A DNA stretch of 64,000 nt from a virus (IMGVR_UViG_2609459856_000007:28436-92435); one strand, 5' to 3'. Shown: positions 48,657 through 58,454, counted from the stretch's first letter. A program made the numbers and translations. The notes: a model not told the origin generated them from the letters alone.

Positions 48657-49217
48657 ATGAAAACAATCGAACAAAAAATTGAACAGTGCCGCAAGTGGCA
48701 GAAGGCAGCCAGAGAACGAGCGATCGCTCGGCAACGGGAGAAGTTGGCTGATCCGGTCTGGCGAGAATCTCAATATCAGAAAATGCGAGATACTATCGAC
48801 CGCCGTATCGCTAAACAGAAAGAGCGCCCACCAGCCAGCAAAACGCGGAAAAGCGCTGTAAAAATAAAATCTCGTGGCTTGAAGGGGAGAACACCAACGG
48901 CGGAGGAACGGCGCATCGCCAATGCTCTTGGCGCTCTCCCCTGCATTGCCTGCTATATGCATGGAGTAATATCTAATGAGGTGTCTCTGCACCATATCGC
49001 TGGTCGTACCGCGCCGGGTTGTCATAAAAAGCAATTGCCACTTTGTAGATGGCACCACCAGCATGCAGCACCGGCTGAAGTAAGAGCAAAATACCCCTGG
49101 CTGGTCCCTGTTCATGCCGATGGTGTGGTTGGAGGCAAGAAAGAATTCACCCTGCTGAACAAGTCAGAGATGGAGTTACTGGCTGACGCCTATGAGATGG
49201 CAAACATCATGCACTAA
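48657..49217 (+). CDS. ref: recombination enhancement function Ref (HNH endonuclease)
   Basis: 186 aa; HNH-like Cys/His cluster CIACYMHG...SLHHIAGR...LCRWHHQ; C1 operator upstream. Confidence 0.8.
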   Translation: MKTIEQKIEQCRKWQKAARERAIARQREKLADPVWRESQYQKMRDTIDRRIAKQKERPPASKTRKSAVKIKSRGLKGRTPTAEERRIANALGALPCIACYMHGVISNEVSLHHIAGRTAPGCHKKQLPLCRWHHQHAAPAEVRAKYPWLVPVHADGVVGGKKEFTLLNKSEMELLADAYEMANIMH

Positions 49218-49405
49218 TAAATATATTATTTTTAATGATAAATGATTGACAACTGACAAGTGACTTCAGTCAGAATCATCACACGCCCGGTACGGATGGA
49301 TCCCTTTTCAAATATTCCATGGACGGCACAGTCTGAGTACCGGGCGCTACCTTCAGTTGTATTGCTAAGCCGCCGCTGGTGGCTTTTCTTTTTTGTAGGG
49401 GCGCT

Positions 49406-50047
49406 ATGGATAAGAAAATATGCGTTGTTTCGATGAGCGTCGGCAAACCGGCGTCAATGACTGCTGCATGGATCAATAACGAGCTGATAATGGCTGAGCG
49501 GACCAGCTACCCTGAACGCCGCCGCGACATGGAACTCCAGCTGCTGCGCGAATTGCGAGAAAAAGAGGAAAAGGGTTTTATCGTGCTGGTGGAAGAGGAA
49601 AACAGCTTTATTACTGGTCGAGTTGGCCAGCGTGTAAGGTTGCGCGATCCCTTCATGAACGGCAGGCCGGTACTAATTGAGGCAATGCAGATTTATAAGG
49701 AGCTGGAACGCCAGAAAGCAATCAAGTTACCGCGCAAGGAATCCGGCAAATACATCCTCCACCAAAGCATCTTCGATTCCGAACACGATAAAAAAGGCGA
49801 TGAATTTTTCAACATCAATTGGAGCGAAATAACGACAGAGCATGTTCTGACGTTACTCTGTTGCTTTGCGACGGAATACAACAACGTTGCCAGCGCCGAC
49901 TACATCAGGGCAATGGCTTGTGAAGTGGATAGTCGTGATGACTCATCGCTGATAGCGTCATATATAAACATCATCAAGAAAACTCAAATTATGGGATGCG
50001 CTAGAGTTCCTCAAGGAATACTCACCGGAAAGAATAATATTCTATAA
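49406..50047 (+). CDS. hypothetical protein at P1 mat position
   Basis: RBS GGGG before ATG 49406; ORF track start 49379 is an upstream GTG; assigned by position. Confidence 0.45.
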   Translation: MDKKICVVSMSVGKPASMTAAWINNELIMAERTSYPERRRDMELQLLRELREKEEKGFIVLVEEENSFITGRVGQRVRLRDPFMNGRPVLIEAMQIYKELERQKAIKLPRKESGKYILHQSIFDSEHDKKGDEFFNINWSEITTEHVLTLLCCFATEYNNVASADYIRAMACEVDSRDDSSLIASYINIIKKTQIMGCARVPQGILTGKNNIL

Positions 50048-50144
50048 CCTACGAAGGTTATTTGTTACTTTCTGCGTAAACCTACAACTAACCTTCCTAA
50101 GTTAAGGAAGGTATTTATCATGAAGTGTAGACATAAGCGTATTA

Positions 50145-51155
50145 TTACATGGGCTTAACCACAACCTTTCCGTATATATCAAGTTTTGAATGTAATACGT
50201 TGACGTGAGACAATTCTTTATTCGAACTAACTTTATCTAAAATTATATTTTTATCTTTTTCAGTCATGTTATACCCTAAGGTAATTTGCTTGAATGCAGA
50301 AAAAGGAATTTTCTTTAAGTTAATTTCATGATAGTCATGAAAAACATCAGGATACTCATTTAATAGGCAGTCATCAATCGATGGAGAGACAATGCTTCCT
50401 ATTTTTCTCTCGCAATCAGCCAATGGAAAAATAATTCTACTTTCATTTTCAGGAAGCCACTCTTCACCTTTTGTATAAAGAAGCCTATTAATAAAAAGCT
50501 CGCGAACTGAATCTCGATTTAAGATCCCATGCAATGTATTATCTTTATTCTTTATATCTATATTCCTCGATGGCGCAGGATAGCCATTAAATCGCACAGC
50601 GCCTTTATAATAGGTTACAGATGCTCTATCTTCTGGATTATAACTAACATCACACGGCCGATATATTTTGAAAAAATCGTGTGTTTCATCGAAAACTACA
50701 GCAAACCCCTTTCCTATCGATGCATAATGATTCCACATGTGTAGATTGCAATCACTTTTTGATAGAGAGAACACACCAAGATGACAGCTTACGGCTTCTA
50801 CTAAATAATCGTTAAGGTACGTTACTATTTCTTGGAGTTTAGATTCATCATATGAATCCATTGAGGTAAAACCTTCATTGATTAACAAGTGTGGAAAATC
50901 CTCTCCGTATCGTTTCCCGCAAGGTTTTAAATAATACTCTAACTCTTGTATAGATGGGACATAAGATGGATCTCGTTGCATTTTCTTAAATTCATTTCTA
51001 GCCCATGCGTAATCGGCTGGTGAAAATTTATTAAAAAATGGAAGAAGTCGCGACTCACTCGACGGATCATTAAGATACTTTGGTTGCGTTGCTCTAAAGA
51101 AACCATCCTCCAGACAAGATGTTCTAATGTGCATGCCCGGCCAAGGTTTATCCAT
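50145..51155 (-). CDS. DUF2971-like protein, candidate abortive-infection/defence protein
   Basis: KYLNDPSSE and LGVFSLS...LHMWNHYA...KGFAVVFD resemble DUF2971 signature; visibly AT-rich relative to flanks. Confidence 0.5.
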   Translation of the reverse strand: MDKPWPGMHIRTSCLEDGFFRATQPKYLNDPSSESRLLPFFNKFSPADYAWARNEFKKMQRDPSYVPSIQELEYYLKPCGKRYGEDFPHLLINEGFTSMDSYDESKLQEIVTYLNDYLVEAVSCHLGVFSLSKSDCNLHMWNHYASIGKGFAVVFDETHDFFKIYRPCDVSYNPEDRASVTYYKGAVRFNGYPAPSRNIDIKNKDNTLHGILNRDSVRELFINRLLYTKGEEWLPENESRIIFPLADCERKIGSIVSPSIDDCLLNEYPDVFHDYHEINLKKIPFSAFKQITLGYNMTEKDKNIILDKVSSNKELSHVNVLHSKLDIYGKVVVKPM

Positions 51156-51237
51156 ATAACTCTCGCCTATATATTTAACTAACACTGTATGTCGATCCTG
51201 TTGTTTAAGCCCATATCATATGGGCTTTAAATGATTA

Positions 51238-51486
51238 TTAATCAGCATTCAGAAGCAATGCGTTATCTATGATGATCTGCTCCCATTCTTCGAATGCCCG
51301 ATCGCGGACACCTTGGGGAACACTGTTAGTTTTGAAATCGACGACCGTCCGCCATTTCCCGTCCGGGCGGTACATGCGCAGAGCTTTACTTCCCCCTTCC
51401 CTGCGCACCTCAACGTTATGCTTGTCAGCAAACTCTTGTAATGCTCGTAGCGTCCCATGCTTTACTGTGTAGTATCGCTTTTTCAA
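51238..51486 (-). CDS. small HicA-like fold protein lacking the catalytic His
   Basis: NVEVRREGGSKALRMYRPDGKWRTVVDF resembles HicA core with His replaced by Ala; TTG start with GGAGAG RBS. Confidence 0.35.
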   Translation of the reverse strand: MKKRYYTVKHGTLRALQEFADKHNVEVRREGGSKALRMYRPDGKWRTVVDFKTNSVPQGVRDRAFEEWEQIIIDNALLLNAD

Positions 51487-51584
51487 GTTTTCTCTCCAGC
51501 CTGTGCCAAGGCTTCAACTTCCAAATCGTAAGACTCAAACTCATAGTCCTGGTCGTCAACTTCTTCAGGCACTGGCAGTAAATG

Positions 51585-51923
51585 CTAGGCTGAGTATATC
51601 TGACCATTATCAAAACGCTCCTGGCTGTAGAGCGTCGCGGCTATGAGTGTTAGCGCCGGGCGGTCATAACGGTAAATTTTGCGAACGTCACGGTCAACGA
51701 GACGACCGAAATTACCATAACCGCGCTCCAGTAATAATTTTTTAATTTCCGGCCAGTATGGGCCATAGCTGCGGTACAGACGGGGATTTTTCAGTAATCG
51801 CCCGCGTAGCCCTGACAGGAAGAAATCAACGTATTCGTCTTCTGTCTTTCCTAACAACGCTGTACGGAGTACCGCTTCAAGATATGTTTTATTCGGTTTT
51901 ATTGTATCAGATAGTGTGGCCAT
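51585..51923 (-). CDS. hypothetical protein
   Basis: 112-aa ORF in same-strand cluster. Confidence 0.4.
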   Translation of the reverse strand: MATLSDTIKPNKTYLEAVLRTALLGKTEDEYVDFFLSGLRGRLLKNPRLYRSYGPYWPEIKKLLLERGYGNFGRLVDRDVRKIYRYDRPALTLIAATLYSQERFDNGQIYSA

Positions 51924-51956
51924 ATTATGCGACGCCCGGCGAACCGGGCGCTCCTG

Positions 51957-53324
51957 TTATGCGTATTGTTGGATGACGGCCAGAACGTCCGCCACGTTGT
52001 GTTTTGTCTCGATAATCCACCAGTTACCCGGGAAATCGCTGTTCTTTGCCTTCGCTGGCAGCCAGCGAGCGCCGAATTTCGCCTTGATTGCGTCTTTCGC
52101 ACGGAAAAGAATGCCTTTCATGCCGGACGCCTCCTGAAGCCCAAATACCTCGCCAGCGGCGAATTTTGGTGCGTACATCATCTTCAGGTCGGCGGTGGAT
52201 ACGCGATAATTCAGACCAAGAGACTGAGCTATGCTGGTGGCATCACCCTGTATTGATGATAACTCTTCTTGTTTCTCGTTTCTGGCGGCAATTTCTTCCT
52301 CCGTGATGTTGCCAAGGGCCAGGTTTATCCGATCAGCGTCGGCCTGTTTCTCTTCATCGGTGCGCCCGGCAAGAACCGTGTTAATTCTCTGCAATATCTC
52401 CACATGATTCTTGCGCATGCTGAGCAATTCCGGCGTAACATCGTTAAGAGCCACCAGCCCAAGGATGGCAAGGTCGGAAAACATTGATACCAGGTTGTAG
52501 GTCATGCGATAGCTGAGTTGGCCATAGGCTGATGGCAACTGCACCGCATCCATTTGATAGGCATCCATAAATTTAGAGCCGTCGTTTACGACATCCGCAA
52601 TTGCCGGTGTGATTTTCCCTGTGGTGGCGGCCTCCCTGATTGCTGTTACCCACGATTGAGTCAGCGCGGCGACTGCATGATTCAGATTGGCTTTCCGTTC
52701 TGCTGCAATGCGCGCGCTTGCTGCGTCCATTGCCTGCTTGATCTCGTCTTTATTGCTGTAAATGCCAATGGGACCAAACTGTGTTGTGGTGATCTCATAA
52801 TCTGACGCCCGGAACTCATTGGTACCGAAAATGGCATTGGTGACCTCAAGTTCAGAATCCCCGTTACGAGTAGCCCCCTGACTTGTTTTCTCCGGCATTT
52901 TTGCGATCGCATCCGCTATTTTCTCCTGAATTGCTTCAGGGGATAGCGTATCTCCGTATGACGCGATTACATCGCTATAATTGGATCCAAACAGTTCAGT
53001 CAGGAATACTTCTGCCAAACGGACCTGGCGGTTATTCCCTTCCGACATCATACCAAGCACCCATTTAGCAATTGACGACTTCAGCGCGCCGTCACGGCGA
53101 TCCGGGTAAACCGCATGCTTCAGTGGGTCCGTATAGGTACCAACAAAATCAATGCTATAGCCTGACTCTGTAGTCTGAACGCCGTATGAGTCAGTGATTT
53201 TGATCATGCCGCGCTGCTGGAAACGGTAGAAATCGTCACAGGAAATGATGTCGTTAATCCCGGCGATGGAGACGCCACCACTGATTTTCTGCATAACAGC
53301 ATCTTCATCGGGAGTTACATCCAC
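51957..53324 (-). CDS. hypothetical protein (455 aa)
   Basis: No nucleotide-binding or nuclease motif seen; start overlaps upstream gene by 10 nt. Confidence 0.5.
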   Translation of the reverse strand: MDVTPDEDAVMQKISGGVSIAGINDIISCDDFYRFQQRGMIKITDSYGVQTTESGYSIDFVGTYTDPLKHAVYPDRRDGALKSSIAKWVLGMMSEGNNRQVRLAEVFLTELFGSNYSDVIASYGDTLSPEAIQEKIADAIAKMPEKTSQGATRNGDSELEVTNAIFGTNEFRASDYEITTTQFGPIGIYSNKDEIKQAMDAASARIAAERKANLNHAVAALTQSWVTAIREAATTGKITPAIADVVNDGSKFMDAYQMDAVQLPSAYGQLSYRMTYNLVSMFSDLAILGLVALNDVTPELLSMRKNHVEILQRINTVLAGRTDEEKQADADRINLALGNITEEEIAARNEKQEELSSIQGDATSIAQSLGLNYRVSTADLKMMYAPKFAAGEVFGLQEASGMKGILFRAKDAIKAKFGARWLPAKAKNSDFPGNWWIIETKHNVADVLAVIQQYA

Positions 53325-54046
53325 CTGTTATCCAGCGTCTTCACATCCCAGTTACCCGATTTGGTGCCTTTGAAGGTAAAGATGATCTCCACGTCTGCGC
53401 GCTGGCTGTCGAAGTCCAGCGACTTAATGCGAACGATATCACCGGCACAATCGTAGTATTGGCCTACACGCCATGAGCGATCGCCGATAACAAGGAACTC
53501 ACTCGCATGGTTAACCAGGTCAGGATCAACATCCAGAATGCCTTTATTTATTGCATCCTCCACCAGCGGGCGCAGGCGTTTGATATCCGTCGCGGCCTTC
53601 TGAGTACGGTTCAATAATTTCTCATAGCGGGAGATGGCTTGAGAGATATTAGCCTTGCGCTGAATGGCGCTTTTCAACGACGCGCGATACTGTGCTAACA
53701 ACATACGGTCTGTGTGATGGACACTCCCCCAGCGGGCCTTCCAGTCTGCGTTATCAGCTGCTTTGGCCATTACCGCCTGTTTGAATTTAGCTACCTCGGC
53801 GGTGGTCTTTTCAAATTCCGCTTTGCTTCGCTCTAATTCAGCGGTAAGTACCTCCACATCCTCACCAGCTGCGTGCTGCGCCTTGATGTAGTTCTGAAGG
53901 TCGATAGTAGCCTGTTCTTTCTGGCGAGCGCGTTGCGCGGCTTTCGCCTTATCCATTTGAACCTGCATCATTGCCAGACGTTCACCGTCATCCTTCGCGG
54001 TATACATCTGCATTTCGATCATATCATTGGCGTCGGCGTTCTCCAT
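53315..54046 (-). CDS. hypothetical protein with N-terminal coiled coil
   Basis: ORF track 53315..54106 (TTG); first ATG at 54046. Confidence 0.45.
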   Translation of the reverse strand: MENADANDMIEMQMYTAKDDGERLAMMQVQMDKAKAAQRARQKEQATIDLQNYIKAQHAAGEDVEVLTAELERSKAEFEKTTAEVAKFKQAVMAKAADNADWKARWGSVHHTDRMLLAQYRASLKSAIQRKANISQAISRYEKLLNRTQKAATDIKRLRPLVEDAINKGILDVDPDLVNHASEFLVIGDRSWRVGQYYDCAGDIVRIKSLDFDSQRADVEIIFTFKGTKSGNWDVKTLDNRWM

Positions 54047-54093
54047 TTCTGACTTATCTGAACGGAGGATATCGGAGATCCTGGGCTTCGTTT

Positions 54094-54116
54094 GGGAAAC
54101 GTACAATATTGTACGG
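54094..54116. repeat. left copy of imperfect inverted repeat, contains perfect 16-bp palindrome CGTACAATATTGTACG
   Basis: GGGAAACGTACAATATTGTACGG; inverted partner at 54282-54305. Confidence 0.4.
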
Positions 54117-54281
54117 TTGCGCTATTGCGGTAGGGTGTACTCCAACGCTATACGGTCTTTGGCAGACCTTTAGGGAAATGAGATAAGCTAAATGCGATAA
54201 GAGAAAAGCAATAACTTAAAGGCAATAGCTGATTACGATAAATCAATCAGTTACTTATCAGTATCGATTAAAAAATGCTCC

Positions 54282-54305
54282 TAACGTACAATAATTTCCG
54301 TTTCC
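54282..54305. repeat. right copy of imperfect inverted repeat
   Basis: CTAACGTACAATAATTTCCGTTTCCC; shares CGTACAATA and inverted GGGAAACG/CGTTTCCC with 54094-54116. Confidence 0.4.
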
Positions 54306-54731
54306 CAAACCGCCCCCTCCGATCCCGCGCCGGTCTACCCGCAGACGCATCTGAGTTTTCTGGCAAACGTCTATAACCAGAAGGCGCGTGAGTTCTACCA
54401 TTGTTATGGCGTACAGTTGATCGACGCGGCGTATGAAGCGCATCAAGAAAAGGGCGATGTGCCTGTGATGATCACCAAGCATTGCCTGCGTTTTGCCTTT
54501 AATCTTTGCCCGAAACAGGCGAAAGGTAACATCAAAAGCTGGAAAGCGACGCCAATGCAACTGGTCAACGGTGATGAGGTGCTGACGCTGAAATTTGGCT
54601 GTCGCCCGTGTGAAATGCACGTTATCGGCAAGATTAAAGATCACATTCTTAAAATGCCGCTGCCGGGCAGCGTGGTGGGTTCCGTCAGTCCGGAAGATCC
54701 GATGAAAACGCTGCCGAAGCGTAAACCTTAA
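54285..54731 (+). pseudogene. C-terminal fragment of a peptidase U32-family protein (5'-truncated)
   Basis: Frame open from 54285 without credible start; resembles U32 C-terminal region from memory (HCYGVQLIDAAYEAHQEKGDVPVMITKHCLRFAFNLCPKQAKGNIKSW); N-terminal catalytic part absent. Confidence 0.4.
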
Positions 54732-54835
54732 TCCTTTGCGACATCAGCCCGGTGGCGTTTACCGGGCCTTTGTGTTGGTATTTATTTCCGCCGGTTAACG
54801 CCTGGCCCAAAGCCGACATCCGGCGAGGTGTCCGC

Positions 54836-54964
54836 TTAATGCGCTTTAAACCCCGCCGCAGTCATGAGCAGGCGAAAAAACATGCCCACCGCCGCCAGCG
54901 CCAACACGCTGCCGCCCCAAAGGATGACCAGCCACATCAGGCGTTTCCAGAGAGAATGTTGCAT
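54836..54964 (-). CDS. CydX-like small membrane subunit (42 aa)
   Basis: MQHSLWKRLMWLVILWGGSVLALAAVGMFFRLLMTAAGFKAH; start overlaps subunit II stop by 1 nt. Confidence 0.5.
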   Translation of the reverse strand: MQHSLWKRLMWLVILWGGSVLALAAVGMFFRLLMTAAGFKAH

Positions 54965-55974
54965 CAGTGATACCCCTCGCCATGTTGCACTTTGCCGCGA
55001 AACACATAGTAACTCCAGAAGGTGTACACCAAAATCACCGGAATGATGAGCAGCGCACCGACCAGCATAAACCCCTGACTCTGGGCGGGGGCGGCTGCCT
55101 GCCAGAGGGTAACCGAAGGCGGAATAATGTGCGGCCAGATACTGATGCCCAGGCCGCTGAAACCAAGGAAGATTAGCCCGAGCGTCAGCACAAACGGAAA
55201 CGTGTGGTTTTCCGGACGACCCAGTGTGCGCCATAACCAGACGCTGAACGCGATCACCAGCACCGGAACCGGCAGCAGATAGCCCAGGTTGGGAAGCGTA
55301 AACCAACGGTCGGCGATCGCCGGATGCGCTAACGGTGTCCAGAGGCTGATTATCGCAATTGACAACAGCAGGGCCAGCAGCAGTTTTTTCGCGACGCTGC
55401 GCATTTTATCCTGAAGCGGATTTTCGCTTTTCATCACCAGCCAGGTTGCGCCTAAGAGCGCATAGGCAACGACCAGTCCGACGCCACAGAACAGAGTGAA
55501 GGGGGTTAACCAGTCGAACGGCCCGCCGCTGTAGCTGCGACCGGTCACCGGGAAACCGTTGATCACTGCGCCAACCACGATCCCTGGGGCGAAGGTAGCC
55601 AGAATCGACCCGCCGAGAAAAGCATGGTCCCAAAATGGGCGGTGGGCTGGCGTGGCCTTGAAGCGAAACTCGAAGGCCACGCCGCGAAAAATCAGTCCGA
55701 TCAGCATCAGCGTCAACGGAATGGTCAGCGCATCGATAATAACCGCATAGGCCATCGGGAAAGCCCCAAACAGCCCCGCGCCGCCCAGCACCAGCCAGGT
55801 TTCATTACCGTCCCACACCGGCGCGACGCTATTGACCATCACATCACGATCCTCTGCGTTTCGTGTGACAGGAAACAGAATGCCAATACCCAAATCGAAT
55901 CCATCCATCACGATATACATTAGCGTGGCGAAAACGATGATCACAAACCAGATAACCGATAAATCAATACCCAT
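54964..55974 (-). CDS. cytochrome bd-type quinol oxidase subunit II (CydB/CioB-like)
   Basis: 336-aa polytopic membrane protein coupled to subunit I. Confidence 0.8.
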   Translation of the reverse strand: MGIDLSVIWFVIIVFATLMYIVMDGFDLGIGILFPVTRNAEDRDVMVNSVAPVWDGNETWLVLGGAGLFGAFPMAYAVIIDALTIPLTLMLIGLIFRGVAFEFRFKATPAHRPFWDHAFLGGSILATFAPGIVVGAVINGFPVTGRSYSGGPFDWLTPFTLFCGVGLVVAYALLGATWLVMKSENPLQDKMRSVAKKLLLALLLSIAIISLWTPLAHPAIADRWFTLPNLGYLLPVPVLVIAFSVWLWRTLGRPENHTFPFVLTLGLIFLGFSGLGISIWPHIIPPSVTLWQAAAPAQSQGFMLVGALLIIPVILVYTFWSYYVFRGKVQHGEGYH

Positions 55975-57374
55975 TAGCGATGTGCCTTATGTTGAGAATC
56001 GAGGACGGCGGCGGAAAGCGGCCTGGCGGGGGTGCCCGGCGGCGGCGCGGAATCATCTTCCAGCGGGCCTTTGCGGATCAGGCGAATCATATAGCTGTAG
56101 CCGACGCCAAAGACTGAGCTGTAGACAACAAAGAAAGCGAGCAACGAAATGCTCATATGTAAATCGCCGTGGGCCGACACCGCGTCGGCAGTACGCTGTA
56201 AACCGTACACCACCCACGGCTGGCGTCCGACCTCAGTGGTCACCCAGCCCGCGAGAATGGCGATGAGCCCCGAGGGTCCCATCCATAGCGCAAAGCGCAG
56301 GAACGGGCGCGAGGTGTAGAGGCGCTGCCTGTAGCGCAGCCAGAGCGCACAGAGCCCTAGCAGGATCATTAACATGCCCAGGCCGGCCATGATGCGAAAC
56401 GACCAGAACACGATCGTCGAGTGAGGGCGATCCTCTTTGGCGAATTCTTTTAGCGCCGGAACCTGTTTATCCAGACTGTGCGTCAGGATCAGGCTTCCCA
56501 GCGCCGGGATCGCCAGTCCATAGCGGGTGCGTTCCTGTTCCATATCCGGCCAGCCAAACAGCAGCAGCGGCGTGGGCTCACCCGGCGGGTTTTCCCAGTG
56601 ACCTTCAATCGCGGCGATTTTGGCTGGCTGATGTTTCAGGGTGTTCAGCCCATGCATATCGCCGATTAACGCCTGCACCGGCGCGACAATAAGCGTCATC
56701 CACAACGCCATGGAAAACATCGTGCGAATGGCTGGCGTTGCGTTGCCGCGCAGCAGATGCCAGGCTGCCGAAGCGCCGACAAACAGCGCGCTACTGAGAA
56801 ATGCGGCGACGGACATATGCAGCAGCCGATAAGGGAACGAAGGATTGAAGATAACGGCGAACCAGTCCACGGGCACAACCTGGCCGTTGACGATCTCAAA
56901 CCCCTGCGGCGTTTGCATCCAACTGTTAGACGCCAGGATCCAGAAGGTGGAAATGAGGGTGCCAAGCGCCACCATGCAGGTTGAGAAGAAATGCAAACCC
57001 GGACCGACTTTATTCCAGCCAAACAGCATCACCCCGAGGAATCCGGCTTCAAGGAAGAAAGCGGTCAGCACCTCATAGGTAAGCAACGGCCCGGTAATAC
57101 TGCCTGCGAATTCCGAAAAACCGCTCCAGTTGGTGCCGAACTGATAGGCCATCACCAGACCGGAAACCACGCCCATGCCGAAATTTACGGCGAATATTTT
57201 TGACCAGAAGTGGTACAACGAGCGCCAGACCGGATTTTTGCTTTTTAGCCAAAGGCCTTCCAGCACCGCCAGATAACTGGCAAGCCCAATGGTGATCGCC
57301 GGAAAGATAATGTGAAATGAAACTGTAAAGGCGAACTGGATCCTTGCCAGGTGATACGCATCAAGACCAAACAT
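55974..57374 (-). CDS. cytochrome bd-type quinol oxidase subunit I, short Q-loop form (CydA/CioA-like)
   Basis: N-terminus MFGLDAYHLARIQFAFTVSFHIIFPAITIGLA; GWxxxExGRQPW near C-terminus; 466 aa. Confidence 0.85.
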   Translation of the reverse strand: MFGLDAYHLARIQFAFTVSFHIIFPAITIGLASYLAVLEGLWLKSKNPVWRSLYHFWSKIFAVNFGMGVVSGLVMAYQFGTNWSGFSEFAGSITGPLLTYEVLTAFFLEAGFLGVMLFGWNKVGPGLHFFSTCMVALGTLISTFWILASNSWMQTPQGFEIVNGQVVPVDWFAVIFNPSFPYRLLHMSVAAFLSSALFVGASAAWHLLRGNATPAIRTMFSMALWMTLIVAPVQALIGDMHGLNTLKHQPAKIAAIEGHWENPPGEPTPLLLFGWPDMEQERTRYGLAIPALGSLILTHSLDKQVPALKEFAKEDRPHSTIVFWSFRIMAGLGMLMILLGLCALWLRYRQRLYTSRPFLRFALWMGPSGLIAILAGWVTTEVGRQPWVVYGLQRTADAVSAHGDLHMSISLLAFFVVYSSVFGVGYSYMIRLIRKGPLEDDSAPPPGTPARPLSAAVLDSQHKAHR

Positions 57375-57497
57375 GCCTGACTCCGCATTAAAAATTGATT
57401 CAGCGCAATTCTAAGCGTGTGAGGCAATGAGGGGCAGAAACAGAACAGACATATTTAACCATAACAGTTTGCAAATCGTTGTGAATTTTATTCACTG

Positions 57498-57956
57498 TTA
57501 TACACTGCGAGGCTCACCTGCATTGACCGACGAGAAACCAGAATAAAAAATACCAGCGTCTGGCTGAACAACTTTGCGAACAGATCGCCTCTGGCGTCTG
57601 GCGACCCGGCGACGCGCGGCCTCTTTGCGGTGGGAGTCGGAGTCCATTGCGCTGGCTACGCGCCCGGCAGCAACGAAGTCATAAAGCATATCCTGTGCAT
57701 GCTCATCTACGGTGTCATCACGTAGCGGAATGCGGGCGTATTGTTCTTTGGTAAACACGACTGCACGGTAATTTGAGTGCGGGATTGCATTCATACGTGC
57801 CGTGATAGTGGCTTCATCTGCCAGTTTAAGGGCATCGCGCATAACTGGAGTGCCATCAGTACCAAGAACAGGAGCACCTCCCACGCTAACGCGCGGGCCC
57901 CGAATCTCACCGTTCTGAAACCACAACAAAAAAACATCAGGAATAAAAAACACCAC
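57498..57956 (-). CDS. hypothetical protein (start uncertain)
   Basis: ORF-track ORF; Arg-rich C-terminus. Confidence 0.3.
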   Translation of the reverse strand: MVFFIPDVFLLWFQNGEIRGPRVSVGGAPVLGTDGTPVMRDALKLADEATITARMNAIPHSNYRAVVFTKEQYARIPLRDDTVDEHAQDMLYDFVAAGRVASAMDSDSHRKEAARRRVARRQRRSVRKVVQPDAGIFYSGFSSVNAGEPRSV

Positions 57957-58454
57957 ACAAACACAGCACTGTACCCCCCCTCATAACTGAAAAGCGCCGC
58001 CGCCCCCGCCCGAAGGGCGGGAACAACATCGCTTTTAATTATGAATGTTGTAAGTACATTGTCATCGCTGTCAGTCTTCTGGCTGGAAGTCCTCAGTACA
58101 CGCTCGTAAGCGGCCCTCACGGCCCGCTAACGCGGAGATACGCCCCAACTTCGGGTAAACCCTCGTCGGGACCACTCCGACCGCGCACAAAGGCTCTGTC
58201 ATGGCTGAAAACGGGTATGGCTTAGCAGGGCCGGGGGTGGGTAAGGTGAAATCTATCAGTCAGTACCGGCTTACGCCGGGCTTCGGCGGTTTTACTCCGG
58301 TATCATATGAAACAACAGAGTGCCGCCTTCCATGCCGCTGGCGCGGCATCAGGACAACTGAAGAGTGACGGCGCACATTAACATCAAACAGACTTGTTAA
58401 GCAGTCTTTCAGGGTGTAATCTGAAGACCTGTTAAATAGTCTCAGAGGTGTGTT

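Noticed and set aside
50048-54106. EcoP1I-type res/mod restriction-modification genes at the mat-proximal locus
   Set aside because: No ORF there has methyltransferase (DPPY/FxGxG) or SF2 helicase-nuclease motifs, and sizes do not fit; the locus holds unrelated cargo.
55406-57203. Plus-strand ORFs overlapping the cytochrome bd genes; plus-strand ORFs 59882..61727 inside the autotransporter gene
   Set aside because: Antisense to strongly supported membrane-protein and autotransporter genes, composition-driven, no RBS or motifs.
57957-58454. tRNA or tmRNA fragment as an integration-site remnant
   Set aside because: No GTTCGA(A/G)TC T-loop or acceptor-stem pairing found; left as unexplained GC-rich non-coding DNA.
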